Origin: a virus
Strand: one strand, 5' to 3'
Virus record (IMG/VR): IMGVR_UViG_3300013901_000001
DNA length: 64,000 nt
The notes below the pieces were generated by a model. That model was not told where the DNA came from. It saw only the letters and a program-made list of their open reading frames with translations, and searched no databases. This document shows positions 54,949 through 63,988 of the stretch, piece by piece. Each line of letters starts with the position of its first letter. Positions within the stretch are counted from its first letter, which is position 1. The position numbers were made by a program, and so were the translations under genes.

Positions 54949-55788
54949 ATGGCAATTAATAAAGTGGAATATAGCGGAAATACATTAATTGACTTGACTT
55001 CTGACAGCGTAACACCGGAATCTTTACTTTCCGGCGTTACCGCACATGATGCGTCTGGAAATTTGATTATAGGAGAACTTAATCCGCAAAGAATATTTGA
55101 TAATGCCGGATATCACAACAGTATTTTTCGTGGAAAGAACTTGGGAACGGCTGTTCCGGAAGAACAATACGAAGCTATTTCTTCCGGAGAGTTCACGGAT
55201 TTGTATGTAGGTGATTACTGGACTTTAAACAACGTTGTTTACCGTATTGCCGGATTTGATCTGTTTTTACATACGGGGGATACAGAGTTAACAACGCATC
55301 ATGTTGTTATTGTGCCGGATAAAAATATGTACAGTCACGTGATGAATGATACAAATGTGACCACCGGCGGTTACTACAATAGCAAAATGAAACAAAGTGG
55401 TCTGACACAGGCTCTGACTACGGTAAAGGCGGCATTCGGTGAAAGCCACATAGTAAAAAGAAGAGTAATTTTAACAAATGCCACAAATGGAGATAATCCA
55501 TCCGGATGGGCGTGGTACGATACCTACATTGACCTTATGACAGAACGGCAGGTATATGGATCTCCTGCATGGGGACAGGCGGCACATAATGGATATGATG
55601 CCGGATGTGAGTATTCAAGACTTCCGTTGTTTGCACTTGCACCGGAATTTATCACAAATAGAGAATGGTATTGGCTACGAGATATCCGGTCGTCGTCTGG
55701 CTTCGCTGGTGTCTCTGGCCAGGGCCGTGCGACCGACGCCGACGCGTCTCGCTTCGGCGGGGTTCGTCCGCTTTTTTTAATCTCTTAA
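54949..55788 (+). CDS. DGR target protein 3 (fibre-attachment N-terminus plus variable lectin-like C-terminus)
   Basis: Ends ...EWYWLRDIRSSSGFAGVSGQGRATDADASRFGGVRPLFLIS. Confidence 0.9.
   Translation: MAINKVEYSGNTLIDLTSDSVTPESLLSGVTAHDASGNLIIGELNPQRIFDNAGYHNSIFRGKNLGTAVPEEQYEAISSGEFTDLYVGDYWTLNNVVYRIAGFDLFLHTGDTELTTHHVVIVPDKNMYSHVMNDTNVTTGGYYNSKMKQSGLTQALTTVKAAFGESHIVKRRVILTNATNGDNPSGWAWYDTYIDLMTERQVYGSPAWGQAAHNGYDAGCEYSRLPLFALAPEFITNREWYWLRDIRSSSGFAGVSGQGRATDADASRFGGVRPLFLIS
55683..55770 (+). repeat. DGR variable repeat VR3
   Basis: 88-nt gap-free match to the TR; 19 of 21 differences are at TR adenines. Confidence 0.9.
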
Positions 55789-55798
55789 TCGTCAATCA

Positions 55799-55815
55799 CC
55801 GCCCCATGTGGGCGG
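55799..55815 (+). promoter_or_regulatory. GC-rich hairpin downstream of VR3
   Basis: CCGCCC-CATGT-GGGCGG. Confidence 0.7.
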
Positions 55816-55838
55816 AGTTGACGAAGAAAGGAGCATAT

Positions 55839-56366
55839 ATGTCAGAAATACCAAAGTCAAGAAGAAAAGAATCAAAATTAGAAGTAATTCACAAAGCGTA
55901 TAAATTACGAGCTAGAATAACAAATGAACTAATATGCAGCTTCGGATATTCTCAAAAGAAATATGAAGCACATTTAAACAAAGCGGTAAGACATATTCGG
56001 GACGAAACAGAACGCGAGGAAAAGAAAGAAGTTCTGCGCAAAATGGAAGGAAATTTTGATTTCTGGATTATTGAAAAAGAAAGAGACGATATTCTACATT
56101 ACACAAAAGGAATCGTAAATCATCTTATATCTGCAAACACAATATATCCGGTTAATGTATCGGAATATGAAGAACGCAGATTGGAAATGGATAGAGCGTT
56201 GGTGTGTTGCACGTGTCTTCAACAGGAATTGCAGTACATCGCAGAAGTTCTTCCGTCTGACAAGAATAAGTACATGAACATAGTGCTTGAAATTCAAACG
56301 ATCCGAGAAATGATAAAAGGGCTTCGCCAATCCGACAACAGATTTTTAAGAGATATCAATAAATAA
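55839..56366 (+). CDS. avd: DGR accessory variability determinant (Avd-like)
   Basis: GAAAGGAG then ATG 55839; basic helical 175-aa protein between the target and the TR. Confidence 0.7.
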   Translation: MSEIPKSRRKESKLEVIHKAYKLRARITNELICSFGYSQKKYEAHLNKAVRHIRDETEREEKKEVLRKMEGNFDFWIIEKERDDILHYTKGIVNHLISANTIYPVNVSEYEERRLEMDRALVCCTCLQQELQYIAEVLPSDKNKYMNIVLEIQTIREMIKGLRQSDNRFLRDINK

Positions 56367-56388
56367 ATAGCACATTGGGTAACCTTTG

Positions 56389-56476
56389 TATCCAGTCGTC
56401 GTCTAACTTCGCTAATGTCAATAGCAATGGCAATGCGAACAACAACGACGCGTCTAACTCCAACGGGGTTCGTCCG
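56389..56476 (+). repeat. DGR template repeat (TR)
   Basis: Non-coding; 23 adenines, variable codons AAC/AAT; matches VR1-3; ends in GGGGTTCGTCCG. Confidence 0.9.
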
Positions 56477-56611
56477 ATTTCACAACTACCTACTTGACAT
56501 AGATTCTACTGGTAGCAATGGGAAAGGAAAGGTTATCCGTTCAGCGGAAGCTGATAAAAGAAAATTCCGATATGCCGAGTTACGACAAGGTATTAGAAAC
56601 GGGGTTAAAAT

Positions 56612-57835
56612 ATGAATCCATTAATAGATGCAAATAGTTTATATGACGCCGGAACATTGGCGATAAAAAGTAGCAGCTTCAAGTACAAAACGCAATTATT
56701 TGAAATGAACCATCTTTTGGAAACTGCATTATTACAGAAAGAATTGCAAGAAGGAACGTACAGACCGGAAAAAGGAACAAAATTTCTGATCCATGAAAGA
56801 GGAAAAATCAGATACATCACAAGCAATACCATGAGAGATAAAACAGTCAATCATGTGTTGTGTGATGAAATCGTCACACCATCCATAGAAAAATATTTGA
56901 TCTATGATAATAGTGCTTCACAGAAAGGCAAGGGGATTTCTTTTGCCAGAAAGAGACTGGAAGAACATTTGCATAGTTATTATAGGAAATACGGGACAAA
57001 TGACGGCTACATCTTGTTGATGGATTTTTCAGGTTATTATGCGAATATTCCACACGATAAATGCAAGGACATTCTGTATAGAATGGTTTTCCGAGACGGA
57101 CTTGAAGAAGAACCGACCAAAGCAGTGATTGAAAATATTTTTAAATCCTACGAAATGGATGTTTCATATATGTCTGATAAAGAAATAAAAGTCTTGTATA
57201 GCACAAAGGTAGATCCTGTAATGAACCAAAACGTTCCGAAAGAATTGCTTACAGAACAAAAGATGCTAAAGAAAGGAGCGGACATAGGAAATCAGCTTGC
57301 TCAAGCAATAGGAATTACTTTTCCTTATAAGATTGATAATTATGTGAAAATCGTAAGAGGATGCAAATTTTACGCCAGATATACGGATGACAGCTATATT
57401 ATTTCGAGCGATAGGGAATTTTTGTTTGATGTTTTGGACGGTATTAAAGAAATTGCGGATGAACATGGAATCATATTGAACAAAAAGAAAACGAGGATAG
57501 TAAAGATTTCCTCGTTTTTCAGATTTATGCAGATAGGATATTCCCTAACTGCCACAGGAAAAGTGATAAAGAAAATAAATCCTAAAAATGTGAGAAGGGA
57601 AAGGGTGAAGCTGAAAAAATATAAAAATTTGTTAGATAATGGAAAAATGACATATGCAGACATAGAAAATTGCTTTAAGTCTTGGATATGTACATACTGG
57701 AAAATTATGTCGCACCAACAATTATACAATATGAACGCCCTGTATAAGGAGCTGTTTGGAAAGGGAATAAAATGGAAAACGAAAAATTCACGATTACATT
57801 GGCTGATGGAACACAAATCACCGGACTTTCGATGA
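56612..57835 (+). CDS. DGR reverse transcriptase
   Basis: RYTDDSYII (YxDD box), IGNQLAQ, finger/palm spacing; directly downstream of the TR. Confidence 0.9.
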   Translation: MNPLIDANSLYDAGTLAIKSSSFKYKTQLFEMNHLLETALLQKELQEGTYRPEKGTKFLIHERGKIRYITSNTMRDKTVNHVLCDEIVTPSIEKYLIYDNSASQKGKGISFARKRLEEHLHSYYRKYGTNDGYILLMDFSGYYANIPHDKCKDILYRMVFRDGLEEEPTKAVIENIFKSYEMDVSYMSDKEIKVLYSTKVDPVMNQNVPKELLTEQKMLKKGADIGNQLAQAIGITFPYKIDNYVKIVRGCKFYARYTDDSYIISSDREFLFDVLDGIKEIADEHGIILNKKKTRIVKISSFFRFMQIGYSLTATGKVIKKINPKNVRRERVKLKKYKNLLDNGKMTYADIENCFKSWICTYWKIMSHQQLYNMNALYKELFGKGIKWKTKNSRLHWLMEHKSPDFR

Positions 57836-58071
57836 ATGGAAATTGTTTTATCAGCAACACGGAGATTGAGGAATACAAACTTACTGACGACAACCTTTTG
57901 ACTGTCACAATTAATGAAGAAACATATGAGAATATGACTTGCGACAACCTTTGGGAGGACAACGGCGAGTGGTGGTTTATTCTCCGTGAAAAGACAAAAG
58001 AAGAATTAAAAGAATTGGAATTGAATGCAAAGATTGAGTTTTTGATGGCTATGCAAGGGGTGATCGAATGA
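57772..58071 (+). CDS. hypothetical protein (XkdW position)
   Basis: Overlaps the RT 3' end; precedes the XkdX-like gene. Confidence 0.4.
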   Translation: MENEKFTITLADGTQITGLSMNGNCFISNTEIEEYKLTDDNLLTVTINEETYENMTCDNLWEDNGEWWFILREKTKEELKELELNAKIEFLMAMQGVIE

Positions 58072-58202
58072 GTAAGAATTTTAAAAAAGTACAGATGTAC
58101 TACAAGATGGGTATTTACAATAAGCAGATGGTTAAAATGCTCGTTTGGAAACTTATTACTTCTGATGAATACGAACTAATTACCGGAGAAAAGTATGAAT
58201 AG
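58068..58202 (+). CDS. XkdX-like small protein (44 aa)
   Basis: MYYKMGIYNKQMVKMLVWKLITSDEYELITG pattern; ATGA overlap. Confidence 0.5.
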   Translation: MSKNFKKVQMYYKMGIYNKQMVKMLVWKLITSDEYELITGEKYE

Positions 58203-58434
58203 CACAGAAGAAAGATTCACAAGATCCGATGTGGAGATTGCGATAGAAGAAGCAATTGACAGCTATACGTTGCGCCTTATGGTTGCGGGTAGTAAAAAGC
58301 CGGATCTTCTTATCCAATCATACAAAAGACTATATGAAAGCGGAAAGATATTAAAGAAAGATCTTCTGGATCGCGTGATTTGGGAAATTATCACACGGGA
58401 AGAATACAATTACATAACCGGACAGGAGGTATAG
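58195..58434 (+). CDS. hypothetical protein
   Basis: 79-aa ORF before the holin. Confidence 0.4.
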   Translation: MNSTEERFTRSDVEIAIEEAIDSYTLRLMVAGSKKPDLLIQSYKRLYESGKILKKDLLDRVIWEIITREEYNYITGQEV

Positions 58435-58436
58435 TT

Positions 58437-58802
58437 ATGGAAGAATGTATTAAATTAATCGTTGTATTGGCAATCTTAGCGTTAGCCAACATCGTCGGCG
58501 GCGTTGTAAACAATGTTAAGCTGAAAAAGTTTTCTTTTAGTTGGAAAAAACTGTTGAATGGAGTGATTCAGTTTCTTGGAATTGGCTTCATGTTTGTGGC
58601 GTTGGCATACTGCATAGAAACTATTCCGGAGATTGGGAATGCTCTTGGCGTGCAACCGAAAACAATGATCTTGGCCGCCATTACCATATATGCAAAAAAG
58701 ATTTTCGAGCAGCTTAATGACTTTATCAATTTGAAGAAGGAAATCAAGGCAAATTTGGAAGAAGAAAAAGAAGAAGTAGACACAGAATACATGGATATGT
58801 GA
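58437..58802 (+). CDS. holin (putative)
   Basis: AGGAGG then ATG 58437; two to three hydrophobic helices and a charged C-terminus; precedes the endolysin. Confidence 0.7.
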   Translation: MEECIKLIVVLAILALANIVGGVVNNVKLKKFSFSWKKLLNGVIQFLGIGFMFVALAYCIETIPEIGNALGVQPKTMILAAITIYAKKIFEQLNDFINLKKEIKANLEEEKEEVDTEYMDM

Positions 58803-58812
58803 GGTGGTAGAT

Positions 58813-60123
58813 ATGGAAGTAAAAGAGTTTATTGAACTTATAGCACCAATTGCGGTTAAAGATTGGAAAGAAAGAAAAAATGTTCTTCCGTCACTTACCA
58901 TTGCACAATGTATTAAAGAATCCGGGCACGGAACATCTGAACTGGCAACAAAAGCCAATGCATTGTGTGGAATTAAAGCCGGAAATAACTGGACAGGTGC
59001 TACATATACTAAGGTTTCCAAAGAATGGGAAAATGGCAAGTATGTGGATAAAAAGAGTACATTCAGGGCGTATACAAGTTGGGGAGAGTCTGTTGTAGAT
59101 CACAATTCTTACATTGCGGAGCAAAAGATCGGAAAACAGAAAGAGCCAAACTTTAAAGAGGTTGTTGGGGAAACCAATGTAAAAAAGGCAATAGCCGGAT
59201 TGGTTGGAAATGGCTGTCGAGAAGATAATATTGCAAGTTGTACGGATTCCGAACTGGCTGAATTTGTAAAGAACGGAAAAACAGAATACACATATGCAAC
59301 AGCACCAAACTATGCTCAATCCTTACTTACAGATTACATTGAAAAATACAACCTCACGCAGTATGATTCCGATGCGGACCAGTCCGCAGAGCCGGAACAA
59401 CAGAAAAAGATTCGGTCATTCAATGTTCATGCTGGGCATAACCCTAGCGGTAAAGTCGCTTGCGGTTCGGTTGGTTATCTGAACGAGTCCGATGAAAACC
59501 GGAATGTCTGCAATGGATTGATTGAGAAGATCAAAAATGCCGGGCACGTAGCTTATAACTGCACCTGTGATGACGGTATAAGCCAAAAAGATGTATTGCA
59601 AAAGATTGTAGCAAAGTGCAATCAACATACGGTTGATCTTGATATTTCCGTTCACTTCAATGCCTTGTCAAAGGAATACATTTCAGACGGTAAGACAAAG
59701 GGCGTTGAGGTGTGGATTCATCCGAATAACAGAGGAAAAGAAGTCGAAAAAACCGCACAGGCAATTTGTAACAGTGTTGCTAAATTGGGATTTACAAACC
59801 GTGGCGTCAAGTATTCCGACGGCCTTTACGTGATTAAAAACACAAAATCTCCGGCGATGCTGATTGAATGTTGCTTTGTAGACGATGTAGACGATTTCCA
59901 ACTTTATGAATGTTCAAAAATGGTACAGGCTATTTATGACGGTCTTTCCATTGAAACAGTGGAAGATAAGGAAGAAAAGAAGTTGTACTATGTCATTGCC
60001 GGGGTATATTCTTCGGAAGAAAACGCAAAGGCATTTGCAGAATCGCTTGCAAGCAAGGGATACCTGATGAACGCAGACGGAAATCTTATCCGTGGAATTA
60101 CAACGCAGATTAAAGAAATGTAA
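58813..60123 (+). CDS. endolysin: glucosaminidase plus MurNAc-L-Ala amidase plus SPOR-like domain
   Basis: LTIAQCIKESGHGTSELA; HAGHNPSG...DISVHFNA; C-terminal KLYYVIAGVYSSEENAKAFAESLASKGY. Confidence 0.8.
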   Translation: MEVKEFIELIAPIAVKDWKERKNVLPSLTIAQCIKESGHGTSELATKANALCGIKAGNNWTGATYTKVSKEWENGKYVDKKSTFRAYTSWGESVVDHNSYIAEQKIGKQKEPNFKEVVGETNVKKAIAGLVGNGCREDNIASCTDSELAEFVKNGKTEYTYATAPNYAQSLLTDYIEKYNLTQYDSDADQSAEPEQQKKIRSFNVHAGHNPSGKVACGSVGYLNESDENRNVCNGLIEKIKNAGHVAYNCTCDDGISQKDVLQKIVAKCNQHTVDLDISVHFNALSKEYISDGKTKGVEVWIHPNNRGKEVEKTAQAICNSVAKLGFTNRGVKYSDGLYVIKNTKSPAMLIECCFVDDVDDFQLYECSKMVQAIYDGLSIETVEDKEEKKLYYVIAGVYSSEENAKAFAESLASKGYLMNADGNLIRGITTQIKEM

Positions 60124-60130
60124 GAAAAAT

Positions 60131-60162
60131 GGGGATGTCATTACGGCATCCCCTTATTTTTA
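60131..60162. terminator. bidirectional terminator between convergent genes
   Basis: GGGGATG-9 nt-CATCCCC then TTATTTTTA. Confidence 0.7.
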
Positions 60163-60954
60163 TCTTACACCTAAAGTTCCGTCAGAATTTAGAAATCCGA
60201 CAATATATCCAATTTTATCATCAATGTCTTTCTCCCTGAATACAAGGTTGCTGTTGATAACGGAAATGTATTCCCACATTTTCTTTCCATTAACAATTTT
60301 ACGGATTTTCTGAACCAGATAGATATATCCGTCAAGGGTAACTATGCACAGTTCGTTATTAAGTGCGTCACGGTCAGCAGAAATCAAGATAATTTCGCCT
60401 TGCATAAAATGTGGCATATAATAGTCGCATGGCATTTTCAGACCGCAGTAAACCTTATTTCTAATGGATTCGGGTAAGTCATTGATGCATAGAGTTTCCG
60501 TAACATTGGTTGTCATTAAGTGACTGTCAAGATATTTGGGAGTAAAGATGGAAATGTATTTTTTCTTCCATTCAAGTTTTGAGTATATTTTCTGTTGATG
60601 CCGGATAAAATATCTTACCATATACAAGGAATGTTCCGGAAGCGTTTTGCATATGGCAATAGATTCTTGCGTAACCGGGTTGATACAATTTGCGCCAATC
60701 AAATCGTCAACACTAATTTTAAGAGCCTTTGCAATGGAAACGACCGTTGATAACTGAATATCCTTTTTCCTCTTATCATAAAGGATATTGTTTAGCGTTG
60801 CAGTAGATATTCCGGTAAGGTCTGCAAATTCGCTTTGCGTCATATCCGGTTGTCTGGTATACAACATGATGTTGTTTCTCAAATTCTCGATACAATTTTC
60901 CGAATCATTTGAGAGTTTTGTCGATAAATAACGTATTCTTTCTTCCGATAGCAT
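60160..60954 (-). CDS. XRE-HTH repressor with C-terminal LexA/CI-like (S24-type) domain
   Basis: AAAGGGGA then ATG 60954; MTQSEFADLTGISTATLNNILY...VVSIAKALKISVDDLIG. Confidence 0.6.
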   Translation of the reverse strand: MLSEERIRYLSTKLSNDSENCIENLRNNIMLYTRQPDMTQSEFADLTGISTATLNNILYDKRKKDIQLSTVVSIAKALKISVDDLIGANCINPVTQESIAICKTLPEHSLYMVRYFIRHQQKIYSKLEWKKKYISIFTPKYLDSHLMTTNVTETLCINDLPESIRNKVYCGLKMPCDYYMPHFMQGEIILISADRDALNNELCIVTLDGYIYLVQKIRKIVNGKKMWEYISVINSNLVFREKDIDDKIGYIVGFLNSDGTLGVR

Positions 60955-61286
60955 AGTTTTCCCCTTTCGTAAACGTGTTAAGATGTAAGTGTCTTCCAAA
61001 AGGAAGATACAAGTTCCGGTTTGAGGGCGGTGTTTATTGGCGTTTTCACCGTCCTCATTTAAAATATTATAAATCGGTAAGAAAAATCGCACAAGAAAAG
61101 ATTGTGTAAAATATTGCATTATGTGATAAATTGTTTAATAATTTAACTGTGCAGAAAGGGAATTGAGAGGTGCGAAGTGGAAGAAGATTACAAAAAACAT
61201 ATAATTGATATGATAAATAAAATAAATGATGCAGGTACATTAGAATACCTGCATACATTCATAAGGTTATTTTTGATGAAATGGGG

Positions 61287-61664
61287 TTAGTCCTCGTTTT
61301 TACTTCTGGATAACATTGATTCTATCATGTCCATTACAATTTCCTTATCTCTTTGGGAAAGCAAAGAGTATTTATAATAGAAATCAAAATCTTGTTCTGC
61401 TTTAGCGGCAGAATCTTTTCTTTCAAAAGGAACATCAAAACCCATTAGCCATGCTTCCGTTACGTTAAGAGCCATACCGAGCATAACTAGTTTATCTTGG
61501 CTTGGTTCTGATTTCCCAGAAAGATATTGGCTAATATCAGATTTATTCATCTTAACATCAAATTTTGCGCAATATGGAAGTGCTTTATTAAGAATATCCA
61601 CTTGCCTTAAATTCTGTTCTTCCATTATCTGTTTTAATCTTTCCGAGGTAGTGAACCTTTTCAT
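61287..61664 (-). CDS. CI-like XRE-family repressor
   Basis: LRQVDILNKA....SDISQYLSGKSEPSQDKLVMLGMALNVTEAWLMG; divergent from the cro-like gene. Confidence 0.7.
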   Translation of the reverse strand: MKRFTTSERLKQIMEEQNLRQVDILNKALPYCAKFDVKMNKSDISQYLSGKSEPSQDKLVMLGMALNVTEAWLMGFDVPFERKDSAAKAEQDFDFYYKYSLLSQRDKEIVMDMIESMLSRSKNED

Positions 61665-61758
61665 TGTTTATAACCTCCTTTCCAATAAGAATATATCATT
61701 GTTTGAACAAAAGTTCAAGATATAAAACTTAAAAAGTTAAAATAATTGAATTTTTATA

Positions 61759-61787
61759 TTGACATGGCTTATGTGTGGTGATACTAT
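61759..61787 (+). promoter_or_regulatory. early rightward promoter
   Basis: TTGACA - 17 nt - TACTAT. Confidence 0.6.
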
Positions 61788-61828
61788 ACAATTAGTTAAA
61801 AGAATTGAACTTGAAGGGAGGTTTGAGG

Positions 61829-62053
61829 ATGGCTTTTAATTATAGCAAGTTAAAGGGAAGAATAGTGGAAAAGTATTCGAATCAATCCAATTTTGCAAAA
61901 GCATTTGGATGTTCGGAGCGTACACTATCTTTAAAAATGAACGGAAAGAGACCTTGGAAGCAACAGGAAATCTTGAATGCTATTAAACTTCTTGATTTAT
62001 CAGAGAATGATATACAGGAATATTTTTTTACCACAGAAGTTCAAAACATTTAA
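61829..62053 (+). CDS. Cro-like HTH protein
   Basis: GGGAGG then ATG 61829; SNFAKAFGCSERTLSLKMNGKRPW. Confidence 0.6.
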   Translation: MAFNYSKLKGRIVEKYSNQSNFAKAFGCSERTLSLKMNGKRPWKQQEILNAIKLLDLSENDIQEYFFTTEVQNI

Positions 62054-62140
62054 CTTTCCGGTAGAAAAATTTAGCGAAGAGTTGAGATGTCCGAAAAACG
62101 GACATCCGGAATTGAAGAAGTGGATAATGGGGGAACGAGA

Positions 62141-62311
62141 ATGCAAATTTATAGTATTGATGATTTAAAAGGAACTCTCTACCAACAGTTGCAGCTATTG
62201 GCAGAGAGAAGCAAAAAAGAGGATATATCGGTGAAAGAACTTTGCGATATATCTAACGAAATGAACAAACTGGTAAGTGCTATTTACGGATTAAGCGTTC
62301 GTTCAATATAG
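62141..62311 (+). CDS. small hypothetical protein
   Basis: ORF 62087..62311; ATG 62141 has the better RBS spacing. Confidence 0.35.
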   Translation: MQIYSIDDLKGTLYQQLQLLAERSKKEDISVKELCDISNEMNKLVSAIYGLSVRSI

Positions 62312-62474
62312 ATTGAATGTCGCTAATATTTCTTTGGATTGCTGGTAGTTCGGTAAGCATATCGTTTTGAGCCATATTTTGAACTGCACAACATTTCCTA
62401 TTAAGACTATTAAAATACCAAGCGCATTTATCTTTAATGCAATCTTGGAAGTTGTTCATAGGACATTTAGACAC
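62280..62474 (-). CDS. small cysteine-rich protein
   Basis: AGGAGGTGATACT then GTG start at 62474. Confidence 0.45.
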   Translation of the reverse strand: MSKCPMNNFQDCIKDKCAWYFNSLNRKCCAVQNMAQNDMLTELPAIQRNISDIQSILNERLIRK

Positions 62475-62523
62475 AGTATCACCTCCTTATAGGAGAGTAT
62501 AGCACACGGAAAGGAGAAACGAA

Positions 62524-63324
62524 ATGAAGGAACTTGTTAAGTCAGATATGAAAACGCCTATTGAGATTGCCCTTGGCGTAGACGAGAACGGAACGACTAC
62601 TGCAAGAGCGTTATATGAGTTTTTGGAACTTGCACAGGGGCAGTTTTCCAGATGGGCGAAAGCCAATATCGAATCCAACGAATTTTATGAAGAAAACAAG
62701 GATTGGTGGGGGTTCGACATCGTGTCGAACGGTAATAATTGCAAAGATTATCGTTTGACTACTGATTTTGCAAAGCATCTTTCTATGGAGAGTCATTCTG
62801 AAAGAGGTAAGGAAGCAAGGCGGTATTTTATTGCCATTGAGGACAGGGCAAAACAGGAAGTAATAAATCGTTCACAGCTTTCTCCGCAGACACAACTTAT
62901 TTTGCAGTTGGCACAAAGCATTGCCAATAAGGAAATGGAAGACAAGGAAAGAGACCGGAAGATTGCCATTGCACAGGAAACAGCACAAAAGGCGGTAGAA
63001 ACAACCAACAACATCAAGGAAGCCGTAAAGCCTGTCCTAGATAATTGGCGAGCAGAGATAAAAAGCAGAATAGCGAAGATAGCGCCTAAAGCGAACATGA
63101 ACTACGGAATCTTACAGGCAGAAATGTACAAGGAACTCGAACGTAGGGCAGGTGTTGATTTGAATAGGCGTGTCAACAATATGAAACAGAGAGCCAAAGA
63201 TTCTTGCAGTACAAAGAAACAGGTAGATGATATCAGAAAAATTGATGTGATTGAACAGGATAAGAAGTTGCGCGAGATTTACTCCAAAATTGTTACTGAA
63301 TACGAAATCAGATATTGTGCTTAG
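62524..63324 (+). CDS. AntA/AntB-type antirepressor
   Basis: ARALYEFLELAQGQFSRWAKANI...DYRLTTDFAKHLSMESHSERGKEARRYFIAIE. Confidence 0.65.
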   Translation: MKELVKSDMKTPIEIALGVDENGTTTARALYEFLELAQGQFSRWAKANIESNEFYEENKDWWGFDIVSNGNNCKDYRLTTDFAKHLSMESHSERGKEARRYFIAIEDRAKQEVINRSQLSPQTQLILQLAQSIANKEMEDKERDRKIAIAQETAQKAVETTNNIKEAVKPVLDNWRAEIKSRIAKIAPKANMNYGILQAEMYKELERRAGVDLNRRVNNMKQRAKDSCSTKKQVDDIRKIDVIEQDKKLREIYSKIVTEYEIRYCA

Positions 63325-63339
63325 GAAAGGGGTGAAATT

Positions 63340-63552
63340 ATGAAGAAAAATGAAGCATTGGCGGTGTTCAATTCAAGAATTGTAAATAATCAGGTTGAAA
63401 CTGAATTTTTGCATGACAAGCAGGAACTTAAAAGTGAAATAAGAAAACTTTCAAATAATGATGAGGGTTTTGAGGACGTAGTTTTTGAACTGGGATGCTC
63501 TGTATTGGCAAAGGAATACTTAAAGCAGATCAACAATAACGAATCGGAATAA
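63340..63552 (+). CDS. hypothetical protein
   Basis: 70-aa ORF in the early operon. Confidence 0.4.
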   Translation: MKKNEALAVFNSRIVNNQVETEFLHDKQELKSEIRKLSNNDEGFEDVVFELGCSVLAKEYLKQINNNESE

Positions 63553-63574
63553 CGATTCTTAGAAAGGAGCAGAA

Positions 63575-63988
63575 ATGAAAAACCGAGAGAAATACGCAGA
63601 TTTTCTTATTGAGTGTGCGATACGTGGAACAGGTGTTGCGGTCACAAAGGACGGCAAGCCTTGTAATTGCATGGATTTAGAGTGCGAAGATTGTCTTTTT
63701 AACAATCCGTCTGTGGATTGTGCAGAAATGACGAGAAAATGGGCGGACGCAGAGTACGAAGAACCGAAAGTCGATTGGAGTAAAGTGCCGGTTGATACGA
63801 AGATGTGGGTTAGGGATGAATTTTCAGATAAATGGCTTCCGAGATATTTTTCGGGAGATGTAACCGAAGACGGAAAACCATCTGTGTTTTTAGACGGAAG
63901 AACTTTATTTTCTTGCGATAGAAATGTAAATGGATTTCCATTTACAGCAACATTTCCGTACTACAAACTTGCGGAGGATATCTTATGA
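63575..63988 (+). CDS. hypothetical protein
   Basis: AAAGGAG upstream; 137 aa. Confidence 0.45.
   Translation: MKNREKYADFLIECAIRGTGVAVTKDGKPCNCMDLECEDCLFNNPSVDCAEMTRKWADAEYEEPKVDWSKVPVDTKMWVRDEFSDKWLPRYFSGDVTEDGKPSVFLDGRTLFSCDRNVNGFPFTATFPYYKLAEDIL

Noticed and set aside
55665-55838. Long N-terminal extension of the Avd ORF (start at 55665), and ORF 55556..55780
   Set aside because: Both overlap VR3 and its hairpin in other frames. A GAAAGGAG-ATG start at 55839 gives a protein of typical Avd size.
56415-56615. 66-aa ORF across the template repeat
   Set aside because: It is the TR read in an open frame (no stops because of the AAC/AAT codons). DGR TRs are non-coding, and no RBS is present.
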